From Carcharhinus longimanus (Eukaryota), in assembly GCA_030264375.1 (NCBI GenBank), contig JASCQW010000043.1, positions 109,702,146 to 109,766,106 on the forward strand: 63,961 nucleotides of DNA, in the 5' to 3' direction. This document shows positions 1-8,513 of this stretch, one piece after another. Within the stretch, counting starts at the first letter, position 1; each line of letters opens with the position of its first letter. The translations under genes and the position numbers were made by a program. Below the pieces are notes generated by a model that saw only the letters and a program-made list of their open reading frames with translations, had not been told where the DNA came from and searched no databases.

Positions 1-455
1 GGAATGATGGGAATGACGTATGAGGAGAGATTGAGTCGGATAGGATTGTATTCACTGGAGTTCGGAAGAATGAGGGGAATCTTATGGAAACTTTTAAAGT
101 TCTAACAGTACTGGATAGGATAGTTGCAGGAGGATGTTCCTGATGATTGGGGTGCCCAGAACCAGGGATTATAGTCTAAGGATTCATAACACTTTTATGA
201 ATGAGATGAGAAGAAATTTCTCCACCCAGCGAGTGGTAAGCCTGTGGAATTCGGTATTACAGAAAGCAGTTGAGGCCAAAATATGTATGTTTTCAAGAAA
301 GAGTTAGATTTAGCTCTTGGGGTGAAGGCAGTCCAAGGATATGAGTTGGGGGAGGTGGGATCCAGCTTTTTAGTTGGATGACCAGCCAAAATCATCATAA
401 ATGACGGAGCAGGCTTGATGGGCTGAATGGCCTAATCCTGCTCCTATTTTCTATG
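1..455 (+). mobile_element. CR1-clade (HER1-like) LINE 3' fragment
   Basis: Decayed ORF2 C-terminus (TYEERLSRIGLYSLEFGRMRG) followed by the tail gatgggctgaatggcctaatcctgctcctattttctatg. Confidence 0.85.
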
Positions 456-821
456 GTCCTGTTTGTAGAAGGGCCCTGATCTTCCCAACCACTCCCACAT
501 CCTCCCAACTCCACCCTTCCATACATGTACGTTTTATTGTTTTTATTCAAAAAAGGAATGGTGCATTGTTAGTTATTTGCTTACAAAAAGGCAGCACCAA
601 ACTTTGATGTTGCAAAAGTGATGGTGATGATGTCTCCAAACAAAGTATTAATCCTTTTTAAATATCACAGGTACCTTCGATGAGTGAATTGGATGGCACT
701 GTGAAGGTCAATACATATTTAAACTGTTCATAAATGAATCACTAATTCAGCATGAAAGATTAAATCTAATAAGATTCTCGGACACATTCCCAAGTGATGT
801 AGTGAGCTATAATGTTGACCT

Positions 822-1021
822 GCAATTATACATGGCCTTGGTGAGACCACATCTGGAATATTGTGTGCAGTTTTGGCTTCCTTATCTGTGGAAGGATGTT
901 TCGCTGTAGAGGGAGTGCAGCAAAGGCTTACCAGACTGATCCCTGGAATGATGGGAATGACGTATGAGGAGAGATTGAGTCGGATAGGATTGTATTCACT
1001 GGAGTTCGGAAGAATGAGGGG
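822..1021 (+). mobile_element. CR1-clade LINE fragment whose last 77 nt are identical to positions 1-77
   Basis: [13 protein letters not shown]-like and [15 protein letters not shown] motifs. Confidence 0.85.
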
Positions 1022-1409
1022 CACAGAATGCTTCTTTTTTTTAACCTCATGAACTGATTTTATTTCCAGATGTTGTCATATCTAAGATAGTTCTGTTGAG
1101 CAACATAATTGCATTAGTTTCACACTGTGTCAGAAATTGTTCTAGTATTTGAAGAGCTTGATAATGCAGCACTCACAGTTAATCTCAGCTGTCTGAACAC
1201 AAACAGGGCATTTTGTGGTTAACTTTTCTATCTATTGTTACTGTGTCAACCAATTAGTGCAAAATACAACTTACAAATTGATCCATTTATTTGTTTTGAT
1301 GCATTTAGCATTAGTCATGTTTCAATATAACCCACAGAAAAGTGAGTTGTACCCTTTGGAGAAGGCAAACTCATACAGCTATGGTTTGCTGTCACATACA
1401 GCGTAGAAA

Positions 1410-1760
1410 GAAGCCATTCACCCATTGTGCCTATCAACTTTTTGATAGAGTGATCCATTTAATTCCATGTCCCTCCTATTGCACAACAGCCATGATTTTA
1501 TTTTTTGTCAGTAATATATCCAATTCCATTCTGAAAGTCATTATTGAATATGCTTTTACTACTTTTCATACAGTCCATGACAATTTGCTCCATAAAACAG
1601 CTTCTCCTAATTTTCCTCCTCAATTATTGCCAATTAACTTGATCTGTGGCCTCTTCTGGTCGTTCCTCCTTCCAAAGGAAACAGTTTCTCTTTGCTTACA
1701 CTATCAAAATGCTTCATCATTTTGAACACCTCAATTAAATTTCCCCATAATCTTCCCAAG
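1410..1760 (-). mobile_element. Degraded CR1-clade LINE 3' fragment
   Basis: Minus-strand translation GNLIEVFKMMKHFDSVSKEKLFPL...TRRGH. Confidence 0.7.
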
Positions 1761-1789
1761 AGAACAGTTAAAACTTTGTTTAAAAAAAA

Positions 1790-2125
1790 ACTGGTGTTAG
1801 AGACAGTCCAGAGAAGATTCACTTGGTTGATCCTGGGTATGGAGGGATTTTCTTACATGGAGAGGTTGACTAGGTTGGGCCTGTATTCATTGGAGCTTAG
1901 AAGAATGAGAGGCTACCTCATTGAGACGTATAGGATCCTCAGGGGCTTGACAGGGTAGATGTTGAGAAATTGTTTCCCCTTGTGGGAGAGTCAAGGATCA
2001 GAGGGCACAATCTCAGAGTAAAGGGTCAACCATTCAGAGGGTAGTGTATCTATGGAATTCATTGAATGGCAGAACACACTTGATGGGCCAAATGGCTACT
2101 CTGACCCTACATCTTATGGTCTTAT
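1790..2125 (+). mobile_element. CR1-clade LINE 3' fragment
   Basis: LETVQRRFTWLILGMEGFSYMERLTRLGLYSLELRRMRG plus tail gatgggccaaatggctactctg...tcttatggtcttat. Confidence 0.85.
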
Positions 2126-2219
2126 AATTTGGTAGATTCACTAGGATTCATCAGCACTTTCTAAATTTATTTGGAGCTGATTTAAATGTTACACTTAACT
2201 GCAATTAGGAAAGCCCACT

Positions 2220-2752
2220 AATACCTCTACTTTTTCAGAAGGAAACTTAGCATGTCCACCATGACACTCACCAACTTTTACAGATGCATTGTAGAAAACA
2301 TCCTTTCCATATTTGTCACAGCTTGGTATGCTCCTGCTCTGCCCAAGACTGCAAGAAACTTCAAAGGTTCGTGAATGAAGCCCCGTCAATCACACAAACC
2401 AGCCTCTCATCCATTGACTGTCTACATTCCCCGCTGCCTCGGAAAAGCAGTCAGCCTAATTAAGGACCCCATGTACCCCAGACATACTCTCTTCCATCGA
2501 GAAAGAGATACAAAAGGCTGAGGACACATACCAACCGATTCAAGAACAACTTCTTCCTTGCTGCCTTCAGACTTTTGAAGGGACCTACCTCACATTAAGT
2601 TGATCTTCCTCTACACCCGAGCTATGACTGTAACACTACATTCTGCACCGTCTCCTTTCCTTCTCTATGTATGGATGCTTTGTCTGTATAGCACAAGAAA
2701 CAATATTTTTCATGCATAATAATACATGTGACAATAATGAATGAAATCAAAT
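2220..2752 (+). mobile_element. Non-LTR retrotransposon 3' end, probably Rex1/Babar type
   Basis: Decayed LTNFYRCIVENIL and TNRFKNNFF motifs with an (aaatc)n-like tail. Its 3' part matches the inverted copy at 14171-14394. Confidence 0.7.
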
Positions 2753-3849
2753 AATTAAAATTGAATTTAAGTATTGTGGTTGTATTCCTACAAAATGTTT
2801 GTTATTTCATAGTGACTGGCTCTCAGACTGGAGCCAGTATATATGGTGTTTCTTAGAAAAATACAAGAAAGCTATGAAAGACAAAGAAGATCTGTGAAAA
2901 ACGAGTAAGACATTGTATAATTGAATTGTTCTTACTGTAAAAAAGCCTGTGTCAGCACTAATCCCACTTGGCATGCAATGCATGTTAGCATTGTTCTACT
3001 CATACATAAATATTTCTGAAGAAGAAAACTGGCTATTGAGCACTTCAGCATTGCTTAATACTACACTACTCGAGGCAAGTGCAGGTCACGTGAATGCACT
3101 GAAGTTGTTCCGGTGCAGCACAAGTCAAAAATTGTCAGTTATTCTCAAGGTCAGTCCTTCAGAATTTGGAAATGTGATTATTAAAGCCACATTTATTGCT
3201 GAGAGCTGAGATACAATGACCATAATGCCTCACTTCGAAATGCTATTCATTGGAGAGTCTTTTGGCTTGAAGGGAAAAATAACATCCCACATTTGAACAT
3301 AATCCATAGCTGCAAGATGCTTTTGTTTTGCTGCAGTTTGTGTTGCTGAATAATTTTGGGGTTTAAATCGGCTTGAATGATTTAGATGTTAAATTTAATT
3401 TACAGTTTAACTGTAGTGAGTTCCTCTTGATTATCTTTTTTGTTTGAATTCTTTCGTACCGTTGTCAGGATTTGAAAATGTTATCAAGGAATACGAAGGT
3501 TTTGTGTTGCTTTAGTCAAAGATGGTGACTGGGGTTAAACAGGAGAAAAGCATTTCCAAGACCAGATAATTGTCAAGCACTCTGACTGCAGATGGTAGGA
3601 TAGACAAACATACTGGTTGATGGAAGTGGGTGTCATCAGCCTACAGGTGGAATCTGACTCCTGGGGTTTAATTTTCCTGCCATGCTTGTCCCAAACCTGG
3701 AACTTCCCACCTGAGCTCAACGGACTTTTTGCATGATCCACTCCCACCTGCTGCGATTCCCGTGGTGGGTGGGACAGGAAAATTCCACCCCTGGTCTTTG
3801 GATCATGTTACCAAGCACCAGCATATGTGGAGCAGCTTACAAACCCACA

Positions 3850-4325
3850 ACCAATGCCCTCTTGAATGCTTCAATTGAACCTGCTTCCACCACATTCTCA
3901 GACAGTGCGTTCATTCTAAACTTGAACCACTTGCTGTGCAGGAAAGATTTTTCTCGAGTCACATTTTCTTCTTTCGCCAATTAGTTTAAATCTATGCCCT
4001 CTCATTCTCTATTCTTTTACAAACAGGAACAACTTCTCCCTGACTATTCAGCCCCTCATGATTTTGAATATCTCTGTCAAATTTCCTTTTAGCCTTCTCT
4101 CCAAGGAGAACAGTTCCAACCTTTGCAATCTATTCTCATAACTAGAGTTTCTCATCCCTGGAACTGTTCTCATAAACCTCCTCTGCACTCTCTCTCCAAT
4201 GCATTGACATCTTTCCTATAGTGTGATGCCCAGAACTTTACACAATACTCCAGCTGAGGTCTGTCTAATGTCTTACATAAGTTCATCAAAGCCTCCTTGT
4301 TCTTGTACCCTCTGTCCCTATTAAA
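3850..4325 (-). mobile_element. CR1-clade LINE 3' fragment
   Basis: Reverse complement carries the RPQLEYCVKFW motif (cacaatactccagctgaggtct) and the downstream CR1 ORF2 C-terminus. Confidence 0.75.
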
Positions 4326-4344
4326 AAAGCCCAAGTTAGTCCGT

Positions 4345-4440
4345 CCAGTTCTGATGAAGGGTCATCTAGACTTGAAACGGTGGCTCTGCTCTCTCTCCGC
4401 AGATGCTGTTAGGCCTATGTTTCCAGCATTTTTCTGTTCT
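4345..4440. mobile_element. Short interspersed fragment resembling Penelope-like element termini
   Basis: ttctgatgaagggtcat...gaaac...ctctctccgcagatgctg...tttccagcatttttctgt. A related inverted piece lies at about 21712-21785. Confidence 0.5.
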
Positions 4441-4963
4441 TGCGCATCTGCACATTTTGTGTTTAACGGGATAGTCTGTGCTGACTAGAACTGAAATTCC
4501 ATTTAGAAAACATTCAGTTATTCAGGTGTGCTTGCTGCAGCCCTGTTTGCACGTGGTTTTTTGTTAAAAGCAAGTAGGTTCCTGGACATTTCAGTGGTNN
4601 NNNNNNNNNNNNNNNNNNNNNNNNNNNNNNNNNNNNNNNNNNNNNNNNNNNNNNNNNNNNNNNNNNNNNNNNNNNNNNNNNNNNNNNNNNNNNNNNNNAA
4701 GTAGGTTCCTGGACATTTCAGTGGTTCTAATCAAAGCTTGCACAGGCCTGAGGATGACTTGCCTATTTGACTGATGTTTATATTCAGCTCATCATGCTGT
4801 AGTGCATATGTGGAACATTCCACAGGATATATTAAAATATTATTGAATTGACATTCAACATGGAGCTATGGTCCTCTGTTGACCAGAGCTCTGTGGGAAT
4901 TTTATGTGATGCTGGTTATTAATTGACACATGGGTGTGTTTCTCTTATTGTCCTTTCTTTCAG

Positions 4964-5149
4964 AGGATCAGCTACCTGTGGGTTATCCCACGATAGACAT
5001 GGGCCCTCAGTTGAAGGTGGTAGAGCGAACACGCACAGCCACCATGCTGTGTGCTGCAAGTGGTAATCCAGATCCAGAAATTACTTGGTTTAAAGACTTC
5101 TTACCTGTTGACACAAGCAGCACTGGACGCATCAAACAGCTACGGTCAG
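4964..5149 (+). CDS. PTPRD: PTPRD coding exon, Ig2 N-terminal part ([62 protein letters not shown])
   Basis: Acceptor tcctttctttcag|AG and donor CAG|gtaggg; 186 nt, phase 1-1. Translation is near-identical to vertebrate PTPRD Ig2 as I recall it. Confidence 0.95.
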
Positions 5150-6253
5150 GTAGGGTCTTGTTACTGTTATCACGTGGTAGATTTGTTTTATAGGTAATAT
5201 TTTTTTCTATTCCTACCCTCTTTACGTATACTTTGGTGTGTTGTTCATGTTTGTGATGTTGTCATAGCCTGTTCCAGTGTCTGTGTGTGCAGCTTCTGTT
5301 AATTCCATATTGCTCACTGCTGTGACTGTATTTTTGATGATTTTTTTTTTAAACTGCTTTTAGCAGTACTTAACAGATCCATTTCCTCTTTTTTGTTTTT
5401 TTTTCTTTTTTTTACTGATTAAGTTCAAAACATTGGGCTTCATTCAGAAGTGCAAGGAGAACCAAATGGTTTTAAGCCTTTTAAAACCAATCTTCAAACT
5501 AAAAAAAACTAAAACCAAGAAACTGTGTTTTGTACTGTCTTCTCTACATTTTTTAACCTAACGAAGAATAGACAGCTGTTTTGTTCCCTCTCATTGACAA
5601 AGTGCACTGTATTTTTTTTCCATACATTAGTATACAATGAGATCTTTGGAAACTGACTAAAGTTGATGTTTGGTTTTTGCTCCTGAATTATTTTTCCATT
5701 TAGCACAGTAATGTGTATGCACTAAAAGTCTTCCAGTCTAAATATCAGGATCTACAGAAGCCTGCTTTTCGTGTAGACTCTAGCTTTTTCTGCTATCTTT
5801 AACCGTGGCCTCCCTTGAACTACCTTTAATATTCTTTATCTGCCTTCCCTAGTTTCTTCTTTTGCTATAGCTGATAGTTGAGCTTTATCTGATCCTAAAT
5901 TTATTAAGTGACGTGCTAAACATTGGCTAGTGCCCACTGATAGTCTTGTAAGAACCTGTTTGCATTCACAATAGTAACTATATCTTTCTATACTGAGATG
6001 TTTGATCACCTGTGTTACCAGGATTCTCAGCTTTGACCTGTCCTGTGATGTTTAAGTCGTCTTGTTAACTGCCTCTTTGCTTGTTGTCAGCAGAATTGTG
6101 TAAATTAGCCTGTTAATGTGAATTAAGATTAATTTTCACCTGTCAAGTAGATGATATAGTTTTAAAGCTTTAACTCTGAAAATTTGTACCAAATTATAAG
6201 GAATATAATAATATTTTTATGCTGTCTTTCTTCTTTCCGTGTTAAATCTCCAG

Positions 6254-6262
6254 AATCCTTTG
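6254..6262 (+). CDS. PTPRD: Microexon meA3 (9 nt, encodes E-S-F)
   Basis: tgctgtctttcttctttccgtgttaaatctccag|AATCCTTTG|gtaagt. Frame-preserving and at the known meA3 position (human PTPRD ESI). Confidence 0.9.
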
Positions 6263-6320
6263 GTAAGTGCTTAGTTCTGAAGCGCACTTCACCCCCACTA
6301 ATTCCATATTCAGATTAAAA

Positions 6321-6343
6321 TGCATGGCATGCATTTTACTAAC
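6321..6343 (+). promoter_or_regulatory. Candidate intronic splicing elements downstream of meA3 (RBFOX TGCATG/GCATG; QKI or branch-point-like ACTAAC)
   Basis: tgcatggcatgcattttactaac, about 60-80 nt after the microexon donor. Function is inferred from motif and position only. Confidence 0.55.
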
Positions 6344-6864
6344 AGTTAGTGTAGTCACTGGATCTCTCCGTAGTGGCACACACTTCCACAAAAACAAGTG
6401 CTATCAGCAGTAAGATATACCTGTCTAAAAACTTGATACACAAACTTCACTTTAGATGTAGTTGAATAGATACCGTAATCCAACCTAAACTGTAGTAGTT
6501 ATATCCACCAAGCCTTACAGTGTTTCCGATATTTGCTTAAACAGTTTTAAATATTTTAAGGGTTCTAGGCTGTCAAACACTATTGTATCTACCCTTGTGA
6601 CCAATCTCCTAAGACTTCACTGTCAATTTCTGCTCTGGCAGAGACAATGTCGCCAACTGTGGACATTGTCCTTATGGTACAACTTGCTTTACTAACCTAA
6701 TACTATCTAATATAATCCTGTTTACCAATACAGTAATTCAGCTTCTTTCTAGATCTTTATTCTGTAAATCTAATTTGATTTTATCTTCCAAAGCCCTAGC
6801 CTCCTTCTTCTCGTACTAATGCTTCTTCTTTCTAATCTTATTTGCATTCATATTATCCACCCAG

Positions 6865-6882
6865 GTGGTACTCCAATACGAG
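6865..6882 (+). CDS. PTPRD: Microexon meA6 (18 nt, GGTPIR)
   Basis: tttgcattcatattatccacccag|GTGGTACTCCAATACGAG|gtaaga. The peptide matches PTPRD meA6. Confidence 0.95.
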
Positions 6883-8402
6883 GTAAGAATGCTGAACTAA
6901 CGTTCACAGAATTGATCCTCCTCATTTCTTCTGTCCTTTCATATCTCTCATGTTTGTCATGTAAAGATGTCCATTCTTTCCTGTTTTGCTTTGTCCAGTT
7001 TGTTTTCATTTCAATGATGTTCCTGTTGTGTCTGCTTTTTTTTTGTTTTGGATGTAAAGGATTTTGTTTCTGATATGCTTAAGAGACCGCATATCATTGT
7101 CCTTTGTCCATATCCAGTCACAGCGTATCATTATCCTCTCTTTTTTTTATATTATTAGAAGCTCAGGATAAACTCACTCCCCTTCCCTTTCTCAAACCTG
7201 ACCTGCGTAGCTGTTCTTGATCTTGGCCATAAGATCACATGGTCTGTGGAGCACCTGCAAAAGACTCGAATAATAATTTTTTGTTTTTGTCAGCTTTTTA
7301 CCCTCCCCTCAAGGAACAAGTTTTGTCATTTTTCTTCACTTTTTCTTTTTCCCTTCTTCAAGCCAGCACTTTTCAAACTTTCCTTATCCAGTTACACTTT
7401 TTTTTTCTTTCCAAAAAAAAACAAAAAAAACTTTTTCACGGATTTGCGCATTTCGAGTTTTTCAAGCGACCTCCTTCTTCAAGACTCGCAAGGTGGAAGC
7501 TCCCAGTGAACGTTTTGAGGCATGGTGAAGATGGTACCGCTACTTTTTTTTTCCTTTTTAACGCATCGTGCAAACACAGACAATAATTTTGGATTTTTTT
7601 TTCTTGCATTTTGTGGGCAGACACTAAACTACTAATCCCACTTGTGGATTTTTTCGTGTCTTGGGGCCTTAGAAGGTCCTGCGGCAGAGGTTGGTTGATC
7701 TTTCCAATTGGCTTGGGCCACCATCTTACAATAAGACAGAAGTGTGAGTTTTTCTTTACTGATCCAATTTACTCTTATGTATTTTTATTTTTCAGCAAAA
7801 GGGTCTGAAAGATTGTAAGTTGCACAATAATTACGTTTATGTCCTACAAGGTTGCATGTGTAGCAAGAGTTACTTTTTAAAAGGTCTTTTGAACAGTATT
7901 TTGAGAGATTATGCCTAACTAACCAAAATTCTTTTTTTTTCACTTTGAGCAGCTTTTTGTGTTTTTGCTGCAACTTTTTGACTGAACCCTGGAGAAAATG
8001 TTTCTTGAGAACGTGTCTGCCTTTTTCGACATTTCCGAATCTTTGTGGTGACTTTTTTAATGTTAACGCTTTTGTTTTACCCCAAAAGCCTTGCTCCTTT
8101 GAAGCAACCTCACCCATCCATTGACCAGTGAATTTCCCAGAGCAGGATTTCGTTGTGAAAAAAAAAATCTCCTGCTGGTTTTGATGGTGTGAAATCCGTC
8201 TTTCACTAACTTACCCATCACATCCACTCTGTCTGCTCACCCTAGCAAAGCAATGACTCGACGCTGAATGGAGCTTCGCAGACAAGTCCTTTCACGATGT
8301 TGAAAGGATTTGGAAAAAAAAATTAAATGAATATAAGAGCTAAAATGATAAGACACTCCCTAACTGTTTTCTGCGCACATTTTGTTTTTCTCTCCCATGC
8401 AG

Positions 8403-8513
8403 GTGCCCTCCAGATAGATAACAGTGAAGAATCAGACCAAGGGAAATATGAGTGTGTGGCAACCAACAGTGCTGGTACACGTTATTCTGCCCCTGCCAAT
8501 CTATATGTGAGAG
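8403..8513 (+). CDS. PTPRD: Coding exon, Ig2 C-terminal part ([37 protein letters not shown])
   Basis: tctcccatgcag|GT ... AGAG|gtagga; 111 nt, phase 1-1. Confidence 0.96.
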
